Shown: one piece after another, positions 47,252 through 56,070 of the stretch
Position numbering within the stretch: the stretch's first letter is position 1
Layout of the letters: the number at the start of each line of letters is the position of its first letter
Source: Streptosporangium sp. NPDC087985
GTDB taxonomy: Bacteria > Actinomycetota > Actinomycetes > Streptosporangiales > Streptosporangiaceae
DNA: 64,000 bases
Direction of reading: 5' to 3'
NCBI RefSeq assembly: GCF_044741965.1
Contig: NZ_JBIUTQ010000007.1
Coordinates: forward strand, 1-64,000
Program-made: the position numbers and the translations under genes
The notes under the pieces: generated by a model
What the model was told of the DNA's origin: nothing
What the model saw: only the letters and a program-made list of their open reading frames with translations
Database searches by the model: none

Positions 47252-48040
47252 TCAGCCGAGAGCGGCGGTGATGGCGTCGGCGTTGGCCTTGTACATGGCG
47301 ATCAGGTCCAGCCCCTGGTCGGGGAAGTTGTCGATGACCACGCGCTTGGCCTCGACATTGGCGAGGGCGTCCCCGCCGGGCATGGCCGAGTTGTCCAGCA
47401 CCAGCCGGGGCTTCTTGGCGGCCAGCTCGGAGATCTGACCGGCGGTGGGCGGCTGCGGGCCGTACACCCCGGCGGGCTGGACTCCGGTCAGGTCGGCGGC
47501 CCAGGCGACGAACGCCTGCGCGACGATCACCGGTGCGATGCCCTCGGCGGCGCCGGTGACCTTCTCCTTCATCGCGGCGTACTCGGTGTCGAAGGTCGCG
47601 GTCCACGCCTTGGCCGCTTCCGCGGTGCCGAACTCCCCGCCCAGCCGCGCAACCTCGGCTCTGACCTTGTCGGGAGTGTTGTCCAGGGACACCTCGATCA
47701 GCTTGGCCTTGGATCCGGCGGCCTCCTTGAGCTTGCCGGCGAAGCCCTCGAAGGCGGCGTACAGCACCACATCGGCCTGGGCGACCTTGACCAGGTCGGA
47801 GGGCTTGGGATCGTAGTCGGGGGCGTGGTGCACGCCGGGCGGCACGATCACCGTGATATCGGTCGCGCCCGCGGCCTTGGCGAATCCCGCCTCCCAGGTG
47901 GAGGCTGCGACAACCTTCAGCCCCTTCGCCGTCGGTGAGGGTGCCGCGGAGGTGCTTTCCCCGGTGCCTCCGCAGGCGGCCATGGCCACGGTGGTGATGA
48001 CGGCCACGGCCGTGAGACGGAGCCGGCGCATTGTAATCAT
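47252..48040 (-). CDS. metal (Zn/Mn/Fe) ABC transporter substrate-binding lipoprotein, TroA/ZnuA family
   Basis: Lipobox AMAACGG. The LKVVAASTW...VVLYAAFEGF architecture is typical of cluster A-I SBPs. Confidence 0.8.
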   Translation of the reverse strand: MITMRRLRLTAVAVITTVAMAACGGTGESTSAAPSPTAKGLKVVAASTWEAGFAKAAGATDITVIVPPGVHHAPDYDPKPSDLVKVAQADVVLYAAFEGFAGKLKEAAGSKAKLIEVSLDNTPDKVRAEVARLGGEFGTAEAAKAWTATFDTEYAAMKEKVTGAAEGIAPVIVAQAFVAWAADLTGVQPAGVYGPQPPTAGQISELAAKKPRLVLDNSAMPGGDALANVEAKRVVIDNFPDQGLDLIAMYKANADAITAALG

Positions 48041-48852
48041 TTCGCGAGAACTCTTTCTGGGATCGAATGGAGCAGAACAGTGCAGACCCCGCCGACCAGC
48101 ACCAGCACCGGACCGGGGGGGAAGTCGAAGAGCAGGGCGAGGAAGAAGCCGCCGATGTTGAAGGCCAGCCCGAAGACGACCGACCAGCCGACCATCGCCG
48201 GCAGTGACCGGCCGACCCGGCGGGCGGCCAGGGCGGGCAGCAGGGTGAGCGCGTCGACCAGCAGCGCCCCGGTCAACCGGATGGCCGAGGCGATCGCCAC
48301 CGCGATCACCACCAGCAGGATCAGGGTGAGCCGCTCCACCGCGACCCCGGAGCAGACGGCCAGCTCCCGGTCGTGCAGGAGCAGGGCCAGGTCTTTGCGG
48401 CGCAGGCCGTACAGGACCGGGACGATCACCGCCAGCGCGGCGAGCGCGACCACGTCGCCGGGGCGGGTGGCCAGGATCGACCCCCACAACAGCTCGAACG
48501 CCCCGTTGGCGTTCACCCCGGAGATCGACAGCACCAGCAGCGCCGCCGCGATGGCCAGCGTCATCAACAAGCCCATCGCACCCGACAGCCCCGCGCTGCT
48601 ACGGGCCAGTGGGGTGAGCGCGCCGCCGGTCACAGCGCACAGCACCAGCGCGCACAGCAGCGGGTCCAACCCGGTCAGCAGGCCGATCGCGATGCCCAGC
48701 AGCGCGACGTGCATCATCGCGAACCGGACCGGCATGATGTCCAACCCCACGATGAACACCCCGACGATCGGCAGCGTCACCGAGCCGAGCAGCAGCGCCA
48801 GCAGGGCCAGCCGGACCGAGGGGATCTCCAGCAGTGTCCAGACCGAGTTCAC
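48037..48852 (-). CDS. metal ABC transporter permease (ZnuB/MntB-like)
   Basis: 271-aa polytopic ABC-3 family permease. ATGA overlap with the SBP gene. Confidence 0.85.
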   Translation of the reverse strand: MNSVWTLLEIPSVRLALLALLLGSVTLPIVGVFIVGLDIMPVRFAMMHVALLGIAIGLLTGLDPLLCALVLCAVTGGALTPLARSSAGLSGAMGLLMTLAIAAALLVLSISGVNANGAFELLWGSILATRPGDVVALAALAVIVPVLYGLRRKDLALLLHDRELAVCSGVAVERLTLILLVVIAVAIASAIRLTGALLVDALTLLPALAARRVGRSLPAMVGWSVVFGLAFNIGGFFLALLFDFPPGPVLVLVGGVCTVLLHSIPERVLAK

Positions 48853-49535
48853 CGGACCTCCCGCAACCGCCCGGCGGCCATCTCGGCCACCCGCCCGCAG
48901 GCCTGGGCGACCGCCCGGTCATGGGTGACCACCACCACGCTCACCGGCAGGCCGGCCAGCACCGCCGCCACCTGCTCCTGACCGGCGAAGTCCAGCGCCG
49001 CGGTCGGCTCGTCGGCCAGGACCAGCCCTGCTCCGGCCGCGACCTGCCCCAGCGCCCGCGCCAGGTAGGCCCGCTGCAGCTGGCCCCCCGACAGGGCGGC
49101 GAGCGGGCGTTGCAGCAGTTCGGCCACCCCCAGCTCCTCGGCTGCGGCCAGGGCCTGTTCGAGGTGGCGGCTACTGGCCAGCAGCTCGCGTACCAGCAGC
49201 GGGAAGCGTCCGGCCGCCTGCCGTTGCGGGATCCAGGCGACTTCGGTGCGGCGGCGGGTCCAGTCGGACGGCCCGCGCGCCTGCCGGCCCGCGACCTCGA
49301 TCAGCCCGCTTGTCCGGCGGTGCAGGCCAAGGACCGCGCGCAGCAGCGTGCTCTTGCCGGAGCCGTTGGTGCCGGTGATCGCCAGGTGTTCACCGGGGGC
49401 GAGCGTCAGGTCAACTCCGTCCACCGCGAGGAGCCGGCCGTGCCGACAACTCACCGCCGACAGGCGCAGGCCGGCGGCGTTCACCGGGGAATCTGTGTTC
49501 ACCAGGGGATCAGGGAGGGGAATGGGCATGGGCAT
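48849..49535 (-). CDS. metal ABC transporter ATP-binding protein (ZnuC-like)
   Basis: Walker A GTNGSGKST, signature LSGGQLQR, Walker B LVLADEPTAALD. ATGA overlap with the permease. Confidence 0.85.
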   Translation of the reverse strand: MPMPIPLPDPLVNTDSPVNAAGLRLSAVSCRHGRLLAVDGVDLTLAPGEHLAITGTNGSGKSTLLRAVLGLHRRTSGLIEVAGRQARGPSDWTRRRTEVAWIPQRQAAGRFPLLVRELLASSRHLEQALAAAEELGVAELLQRPLAALSGGQLQRAYLARALGQVAAGAGLVLADEPTAALDFAGQEQVAAVLAGLPVSVVVVTHDRAVAQACGRVAEMAAGRLREVR

Positions 49536-49625
49536 ACTCCGGCCGGGGGTGAGGGTACGGCGACAGCCGGGCGGAGCCGATCCACCCGGAAAAGCGGTAA
49601 GGGAAGGCCGGCCGGTCCTGAGGGA

Positions 49626-50189
49626 TCAGCCGGAGACGGGCGACGGCACAGGCGGCCCACGCCGGCTCACCGCGTGGCGGAGCAACGCAGGCCGGAGGAT
49701 CTCCGCAGCGAGGCAATCCGCGCGCCCTGCTCCGGGCAGCGTGTGCACCACTCCGGAATAGTTCACCAGCAGGCGGCACAGACGGACGGCAAGGCGGCCC
49801 AGCACCGCCCACAGGGCGGCCTCACCTCGCGCCAGCCACAGCGCGGTCAATGCCGCGGCCCAGCCGTGCATCACCAGCATGCCCAGGCCGGGCACCAGCC
49901 CGGAGCGACCATGGCCGCCCATCTCGGCCAGCGGCGCAAGGCTGGGTGCCGCCGACAGCAGCAGGTGCAAGGCCACCTGCACTCCTGTCAGCAGCGGCAG
50001 GATCACGCCCGTGCCACGTTCACGGCCGGTCGCGGGCAACGCCACGACGAAGGCCACCACCAAACCGCATGCGGCCGTCCGAACGCTGACCACGCCACCG
50101 GCGAAGAGGTGGGCGACGACGCCCAGCACGAGGCACGCTACGGCGAAGACAGCGGCCCGAGCGACGCGGAGAGGTAAGCCGAGGAGCAT
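49626..50189 (-). CDS. His/Met-rich polytopic membrane protein, paralog 2 of 3
   Basis: GLVPGLGMLVMHGWAAALTALWLARGEAALWAVL...LLRHAVSRRGPP. It sits directly upstream of the metal ABC operon. Confidence 0.6.
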   Translation of the reverse strand: MLLGLPLRVARAAVFAVACLVLGVVAHLFAGGVVSVRTAACGLVVAFVVALPATGRERGTGVILPLLTGVQVALHLLLSAAPSLAPLAEMGGHGRSGLVPGLGMLVMHGWAAALTALWLARGEAALWAVLGRLAVRLCRLLVNYSGVVHTLPGAGRADCLAAEILRPALLRHAVSRRGPPVPSPVSG

Positions 50190-50199
50190 AACAGGAAGA

Positions 50200-50493
50200 T
50201 CATTCCGTGGTGCCGGGGCGGCTCCGGCGTGAACTCCGGAACCAGACAGTCACACCGATCATCACCAGCGCGACGAGCCCGCCCCAGATCCACCCCGGAA
50301 CACCCTGAGAGGTGCCCTGGCTGTCGGCCGCCGACACCGGGGCCGCTGCCACCGGAGCGGGCGAGACCGCCGCCGGGCGAGGCGACGAGGAGACCAGCGC
50401 GGCGGGCGCGGCGGGCGCGGTGAGCATGAGGAACAACCCGCAACTAAGTGTCGCCAGAACCGTTCTGCGGATGAAGCGTGGCAGATATGCCAT
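50200..50493 (-). CDS. small secreted Ala/Pro-rich protein with C-terminal TM anchor
   Basis: 97 aa. Signal MAYLPRFIRRTVLATLSCGLFLMLTAPAAPA, then a PA-rich segment, then the C-terminal GWIWGGLVALVMIGVTVWF + RSSRRSR. GGAG RBS. Confidence 0.45.
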   Translation of the reverse strand: MAYLPRFIRRTVLATLSCGLFLMLTAPAAPAALVSSSPRPAAVSPAPVAAAPVSAADSQGTSQGVPGWIWGGLVALVMIGVTVWFRSSRRSRPGTTE

Positions 50494-50616
50494 CACAGGC
50501 TCCAGAAAAGACTCCCGGGCCGTGTTTCTGGCGCGGCCGGGTAAGGAAGGACGCTTCCGTGCGAAAGGAGAGCGTCTGGTCACGGGGCACGCCGGCCACC
50601 GGACCCTCCAGGTCCC

Positions 50617-51183
50617 TCAGCCGACGCGTTCCAGCGCGGGCGGGCCACGCCTGCGGAGCGCCGGGGAGATCTCCCAGCCGCCGTACGGCCGGACATCGCG
50701 AGCCGCTACGGCCTGCCAGATGGGTCGCGGTGTTTCGGCGGCGGTGATGACGAACAGCCGGATCACCGGCATCCGCATGCCGTACAGGCGGATCATGAGC
50801 CAGAGCGCGCTCTCGCCGCGATGCAGCCACCACCCCGTCAGCAACGCCACCACAAGATGGACAACCATCATGCCCAGACCGAGATGGCCGTGATCGGCGG
50901 AGAGCCCCATGTGCGGTGTCGGCGCGGCACGGGTGAACAGTTCATGTAGCAGAATCTGCGTTCCGGCGGTCGCGGGAAGCACGACTTCCAGGCCGCGCTC
51001 ACGTCCGTTGAGCGCGTAGGCCAGGCAGAAGGCGACCACCGCACCGAGAAGTCCCAGATGCGGGGGGACCAGCCCACCGCCGGCCAGGGCGTGGCCACCA
51101 GCGGAGACCACGAGGCACAACGTCGCGAAGACGAGTGCTCGCAGCACGCGGAGCGCCGACGCCACTGGGGTCATAAGGGACAT
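50617..51183 (-). CDS. His/Met-rich polytopic membrane protein, paralog 3 of 3
   Basis: HGHLGLGMMVVHLVVALLTGWWLHRGESALWLMI...ALRRRGPP has the same architecture as the other two paralogs. Confidence 0.6.
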   Translation of the reverse strand: MSLMTPVASALRVLRALVFATLCLVVSAGGHALAGGGLVPPHLGLLGAVVAFCLAYALNGRERGLEVVLPATAGTQILLHELFTRAAPTPHMGLSADHGHLGLGMMVVHLVVALLTGWWLHRGESALWLMIRLYGMRMPVIRLFVITAAETPRPIWQAVAARDVRPYGGWEISPALRRRGPPALERVG

Positions 51184-51301
51184 CCTTGCAGTCGGCCCGC
51201 TCGGGGAGAAGACCGATATCTCGAATCCTTCACCGCTACCGGAATGCGGGCTAGTGCTCCGGGCTTCAGCCCGGAGGTGAAGGCCCGCGCGTGAGTGCCC
51301 G

Positions 51302-51619
51302 CTAGGGCGCGAGCGTGCTCTGGACCGGGCGGTTTTGCTGCTCGATGTACTGGCGCACGATCGACAACGGTGCGCCGCCGACGCTCCCGGCGAAGTAGGA
51401 GCCCGACCACAGCTTGTTGCCCCGGTAGTAGTGGGCGGCCAGCTCGGGGAACTCTTGTCGCATCCGCCGGGACGCCACGCCCTTCAGCGAGTTGACCAGC
51501 TTGGACAGGGCGACCTTGGGCGGGAAGTCGACCAGCAGGTGGACGTGGTTGACTCCGCCGTTGAACTCGGCCAGCTCGGTCTCGAAGTCGGCGCACACGT
51601 CCCTCATGATTTCTTCCAT
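51302..51619 (-). pseudogene. IS200/IS605 TnpA (Y1 HUH transposase) remnant lacking the N-terminal ~45 aa
   Basis: IMRDVCADFETELAEFNGGVNHVHLLVDFPPKVALSKLVNSLKGVASRRMRQEFPEL...LWSGSYFAGSVGGAPLSIVRQYIEQQ carries the HuH motif and the C-terminal Tyr helix. Confidence 0.7.
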
Positions 51620-52201
51620 TTGGAGAAGAAGTCGGCCCGCCGGCGTGCGGCCCGGCCGAAGAAGACCCGCCCCTCGGGGCGGGAGCAGCGCACCTACGAC
51701 CAGATCGCCCGGCTGCGCGCGAAAGCCAAGCGCCGAGCCGTCGACTGGCAGCACCAGACCACCACCGAACTCGCCGACACGTTCGCTGTGATCAAGGTGG
51801 AGAAACTCGCCATCCTCAACATGGTCACATCCGTCAAGGGCACGATCGAGGCCCCGGGCAGGAACGTCGCCCAAAAGGCGGGCCTGAACCGGTCGATCAG
51901 CGGCGAGGCGTGGGGCCGGACCGTCACCCTGCTCGAATACAAGACCACCGACCGGGGCGGACAGGTCATCAAGGTCCCCGCCCCAGGCATCTCACAGACC
52001 TGCCACCGATGCGACCACCGCGATGCGGCCAGCCGCAACGGAACCGTGTTCGCCCGCGTCAACCCCGCGTGTGGGTGGGTCGGCCACGCCGACACCAACG
52101 CCGCGATAAACATCAACAACGCCGACGGATCAGCGGTGTCAGGACGTGGAGACCTCGGGGTTACCCGGTCGGTGAAGCGTCAACCCCCGCGCGCCGCTTA
52201 A
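51620..52201 (+). pseudogene. IS605-family TnpB (OrfB) remnant lacking the N-terminal half
   Basis: ...AQKAGLNRSISGEAWGRTVTLLEYKTTDRGGQVIKVPAPGISQTCHRCDHRD...CGWVGHADTNAAININ has the RuvC-III + zinc-finger motifs of TnpB. No start codon. It is followed (52205-52290) by the hairpin ccccggcc-ctcag-gccgggg typical of the IS right end. Confidence 0.7.
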
Positions 52202-52634
52202 CCGCGACGCGACGGGAGAATCCCCGGCCCTCAGGCCGGGGAGGGGGTCAACGGATCCCTCTGTCCCTCAATGAACGCTCGCAACTCCGAGGAGTTAAGC
52301 AGGCTGCCTACCCCTACCGTTTCACCGCAGAGGAGTCCCGGATTCTTCCTCGCAACGCGGACCGTGCTGGTCAGCAGCCGCCATCTGACCTGGGTACGGC
52401 CCTTCCCCCCCGTCTTCGGGGACTCGACGGCTGCGAGGCTGACCAGATGCTGAGCGGTGACGGGGAACCTGATGACGGCCGAGTTCGCCAGCCCGTGGGG
52501 CCGGCAGTGGGCTGCTCGGTTGCTCCACAGCGCGGATCGGCAGCACTTGACGACAGCGATCGGACACGCCGACCCCCACCCGAGGATGGACGGTAGCGAC
52601 CCGCCCAGGCCGCCCCTCACCCTTGAGACGCCCG

Positions 52635-53035
52635 TGCTTCCTACGGCGCCCGACCCTGCGCTCCTTTCAGAGGTGAGGCTTCAGCTACGGCGATCAACCT
52701 GAACGGCCTCGAACGCATTGCTTCAGCGTCAGTGAGCCCGCTGGGCGGTCCGGAAGCGAGCGGCTACGGTCTGCGGGCCGTACGGCGAGGCAGGCGTGGC
52801 GCGGAGGTGGGTGGGTGTTCCGGCCGGCGTATCAAAGGACCGCGACCGTCGCGCCCGCCAGGCCGGAGGCCTGAAACACCGGAGCGCAACCGAGACGGCC
52901 GGCCGGAACACCCGCCCACCGCAGCGCGAACACCGGCAAGCCAGAACACCCACCGCACGGACCAGAGGCCAAGCCGGAACACCCACCCACCGCAGCGCGC
53001 ACCAGGAACAGCCCCGAAAACGACTCAGACGCGGC
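52635..53035. repeat. copy 2 (inverted) of the ~350-bp dispersed repeat
   Basis: Reverse complement of 30036..30385, with an extra internal sub-unit (ccggaacacccacccaccgcagcgcgc). Confidence 0.8.
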
Positions 53036-53044
53036 CCGGGTCTC

Positions 53045-54268
53045 TCAGGGAGCGGAGGTGAAGACCAGAGAGGCGTTGTGGCCGCCGAATCCGAACGAGT
53101 TGGTCAGCGCCGTCGTCAGCCGGCCGCGCCGCGGCCGGCCGGTGACGATGTCGAGTTTGACCTCCGGGTCGAGGTCGTCCAGGTTGCGGGTGGCGGGGAT
53201 GACCCCGTCGCGGATCGCGAGGATCGTGGAGATCGCCCCCATTGCCCCGGCTGCGCCGCACAGGTGGCCGGTCATTGACTTGGTCGCGGTGACTGCCGGA
53301 TGTGTCCCGATCGCCGCGGTGATCGAGCGGGCCTCGGTCAGGTCCCCTGCCGGGGTGGAGGTGGCGTGGGCGTGCACGTGCTCGACATCGAGCGCGTCCA
53401 GGCCGGCGGAGGCCAGTGCCAGCCGCAGGGCGCGCACCTGTCCGTCCGTGTGGCCCCCGGTGATGTGATGGGCGTCGGACGTGATGCCCGCACCGGCCAG
53501 CGTCGCATGGACGCGGGCTCCACGGGCCGCGGCGAACCCGGCACGCTCCAGGACGACCAGAGCGGCTCCCTCGCCGAGGACGAACCCGTCCCGTGCCGTA
53601 TCGAAGGGCCGGGACGCCTCCTGGGGTGCGTCGTTGCGGGTGGAGAGCGCTCTGGCCTGGGCGAACCCGGCGAGGGTGAGCGGATGGACGCATGCCTCGG
53701 CGCCGCCCGCGATGACGACGTCGGCCCGGCCGAGACGGATGAGGTCCAGGCCCATCGCGATCGCCTCGGCTCCCGAGGCGCAGGCGCTCACCGGAGTGTG
53801 CGCGCCGCCGCGGGCGCCGAACTCGATGCTGACCACGGCGGCGGGCCCGTTGGGCATCAGCATGGGAACGGTGTACGGCGAGACCTTCCGCGCCCCGGAT
53901 GTCTCCAGGATGTCATTTTGGGTCAGGGTGCTCAGCACGCCGCCGACGCCGGTGCCGATGACCACCGCCAGACGCTCGGGTTCCGTCTCCGGGGCTCCGG
54001 CGTCGGCCCACGCCTCGTGTGCGGCGATCAAGGCGATCTGCTGGCAGCGGTCCAGCCGTCTGGCCTTCACCCGACCAAGCACCTCGGCGGGCTCCACCTG
54101 TAGCCGGCCCGCGATCCGCACCGGCAGGTCGGCCGCCCACTCTTCCTCGATGGGGCCGATCCCGGACCGCCCGGCCAGCAGGGCGGCCCATGTGGAGGCC
54201 ACATCACCGCCCAACGGTGTCGTGGCGCCCAACCCTGTGACTACCGCATCAGCTCTACCGACCGCCAT
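53045..54268 (-). CDS. fabF: beta-ketoacyl-[ACP] synthase II
   Basis: Active-site Cys PVSACASG, HATST and KSMTGHLCGAAG motifs, and the C-terminal NSFGFGGHNASLVF. Confidence 0.85.
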   Translation of the reverse strand: MAVGRADAVVTGLGATTPLGGDVASTWAALLAGRSGIGPIEEEWAADLPVRIAGRLQVEPAEVLGRVKARRLDRCQQIALIAAHEAWADAGAPETEPERLAVVIGTGVGGVLSTLTQNDILETSGARKVSPYTVPMLMPNGPAAVVSIEFGARGGAHTPVSACASGAEAIAMGLDLIRLGRADVVIAGGAEACVHPLTLAGFAQARALSTRNDAPQEASRPFDTARDGFVLGEGAALVVLERAGFAAARGARVHATLAGAGITSDAHHITGGHTDGQVRALRLALASAGLDALDVEHVHAHATSTPAGDLTEARSITAAIGTHPAVTATKSMTGHLCGAAGAMGAISTILAIRDGVIPATRNLDDLDPEVKLDIVTGRPRRGRLTTALTNSFGFGGHNASLVFTSAP

Positions 54269-54439
54269 CAGATGCCCCTTTTCTCCGTTATGGAACGCTT
54301 CTCCCCGGGAAGCCGTGGCAAGGTGCTCCGGCTCTGATCCACGTTGTCAGGACAGTGGTCGGCCTGGCAGGTGCGGTGGCCGACAAAGACGGCGGGGCAA
54401 AGTTTGTCGGATCTCCATGATCTTGAATCCAGGCCAAGC

Positions 54440-54545
54440 ATCAGGTGCCGGCCGGCTGGAACATCCACCCACCGCAGCGCGCACGGCGAAAGCCGCGCAC
54501 CCGGGAAACACCCAAGCAAGAGGGACGGAGCTCAGACGCGGGCCC
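54440..54545. repeat. partial third copy of the dispersed repeat (terminal ~100 bp)
   Basis: ccggccggctggaacatccacccaccgcagcgcgcacggcgaaagccgcgcaccc matches the end of copies 1 and 2, in the same orientation as copy 2. Confidence 0.6.
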
Positions 54546-55137
54546 AGTCGTGACGCTCCAGGAAGGCGCGGCCACCGGTGGCGTACTCGGCGAAGGCCTC
54601 CTGGACCGTCCCGAGGTCGGGGACGTGCGTGCGGAACATCAGGTTCTGGGCGCTGTCCTTGTACTCCAGCTCGTAGCCTGTGATCTCCGGAGACACCTGG
54701 ACGAAGTGCTCACCGAAGACGACCAGCGCGGTGAACGGGTTCTGCGGTGACAGCGTGGCCAGCGCATCGGCGACGAGCCGCAGATCCGGATCGACCACGA
54801 TCATCCCGTCGCCCGTGTGCATCTGCATGCCGGAGTAGACGCCCAGGGGTGCCAGGTTGTGCACCAGCCCCCGCTGCGGGTCGTAGCAGACCAGGTCGTA
54901 CTCGCGGGCCAGGGCGAAGACCTCGCCCGACACCTCGTCGGCCCGCTCCGGCTCCACGGCGACCAGCGCGTACGCCGGAAAGAGCTGCGCGATCCCGGGC
55001 AGCCGCCCGGCGAACGCCGCCACTCCGGGATACGGCTCGGCAGCGGGCTCGCCGCGGCGGAGCGCCTGGAAGACGTTCTCCGCCTGCCCCTTGGTGATCG
55101 GTTCGGACTCGTGCCAGACGGCCAGTTCTACGCTCAC
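54532..55137 (-). CDS. hypothetical protein
   Basis: 201-aa ORF with coding-like composition. GTG start. No recognisable motif. Confidence 0.45.
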   Translation of the reverse strand: MSVELAVWHESEPITKGQAENVFQALRRGEPAAEPYPGVAAFAGRLPGIAQLFPAYALVAVEPERADEVSGEVFALAREYDLVCYDPQRGLVHNLAPLGVYSGMQMHTGDGMIVVDPDLRLVADALATLSPQNPFTALVVFGEHFVQVSPEITGYELEYKDSAQNLMFRTHVPDLGTVQEAFAEYATGGRAFLERHDWARV

Positions 55138-55359
55138 GGTTCCATCGTCCTACAGGCGGGTCCGCAGGCCGAACGGTTGCCATCCGGGAGCGGTGTCAGG
55201 CTTGGGGCCTCTCTGCGGAGCGGACCCGGGACGGCTCAACGGTGCGGAACGGACAGCGGCCGGCGTCGACGAGGTCTCCCCTCGTCAGGAACTTCTTGAA
55301 TCCGCCTATCTCTTGCGCCCTCCGCTCGTGAGAACATCCGGCTTACCCTCGCAGCCGGG

Positions 55360-55560
55360 TCAGACGTCGAAATCCCCGTTCTTCACGGCCTTGACGAAGG
55401 TGTTCCACTCCTCGTGGGTGAACGACAGAACGGGACCGGTACCACCGTCTTTGCTGTCCCGTACACCGACCCAGCCGTCCTGAGAAGCGATCTCAACGCA
55501 CTGGCCGTTGTTGCACTTGGACCGCCAGATTGCTCCATGGAACTCCGAGCCGCTGTCCAT
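55360..55560 (-). CDS. DUF397 protein
   Basis: WRSKCNNGQCVEIASQDGWVGVRDSKDGGTGPVLSFTHEEWNTFVKAVKNGDFD. Confidence 0.7.
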   Translation of the reverse strand: MDSGSEFHGAIWRSKCNNGQCVEIASQDGWVGVRDSKDGGTGPVLSFTHEEWNTFVKAVKNGDFDV

Positions 55561-55731
55561 GCGTTTCCTCCCGGAAAGATTGACAACTCTTCTATGGAAG
55601 AACGTCGCGCCGTGAGAATTATAGTATATTTTTACGTCACCGACTTGTGGTCGTTTGCTGTGGTTGCCGGGGGGCGAGTGTCTGATGTGTCATCGGATAT
55701 GAATTCTGTGGCCACCCGTCGCAAGAGAAAC

Positions 55732-55759
55732 GGCGTCGGCGGGATCTTCCGCCGACGCC
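55732..55759. terminator. hairpin ggcgtcggcgg-gatcttc-cgccgacgcc downstream of the second DUF397 gene, within an AT-rich spacer
   Basis: Read directly. It lies 40 nt past the minus-strand stop at 55800. Confidence 0.45.
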
Positions 55760-55799
55760 GCCCCCATGGTCTCGTGCCTCCTGTATGGGAAGCCAGCTT

Positions 55800-56012
55800 C
55801 TACAGGTCGAACTTTCCGTCCTTGATGCTGTATATGAAAGATCGGAATTCCGCTACGGTAAATTCAAGGATCGGCCCACTCTGATCCTTGCTGTCACGCA
55901 TGCCCACGTCTCCATTGGGAAGTCTGGTGATTTCCACGCAGGAGCCGTTGTTACACCGGCTTGAGACCTGCCATTCCAGAGTGGAAGGCTCGGCGAGTTT
56001 GGAAGACGTCAT
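55800..56012 (-). CDS. DUF397 protein (second tandem copy)
   Basis: WQVSSRCNNGSCVEITRLPNGDVGMRDSKDQSGPILEFTVAEFRSFIYSIKDGKFD. The ATG lies 5 nt after GGAGAG. Confidence 0.7.
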   Translation of the reverse strand: MTSSKLAEPSTLEWQVSSRCNNGSCVEITRLPNGDVGMRDSKDQSGPILEFTVAEFRSFIYSIKDGKFDL

Positions 56013-56070
56013 CGTCTCTCCATGAAAATTCGTTGGGATTGGTATGTTGTGTGATGACGGAGCGCGCCGG

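Noticed and set aside
49536-49625. Zur/MntR operator upstream of the metal ABC operon
   Set aside because: Searched for AT-rich palindromes of the TGAAAATGATTTTCA type. None is present, so metal specificity of the transporter is left open.
48834-50177. 447-aa plus-strand ORF
   Set aside because: Antisense to the metal ABC ATPase and membrane-paralog genes. Shadow ORF.
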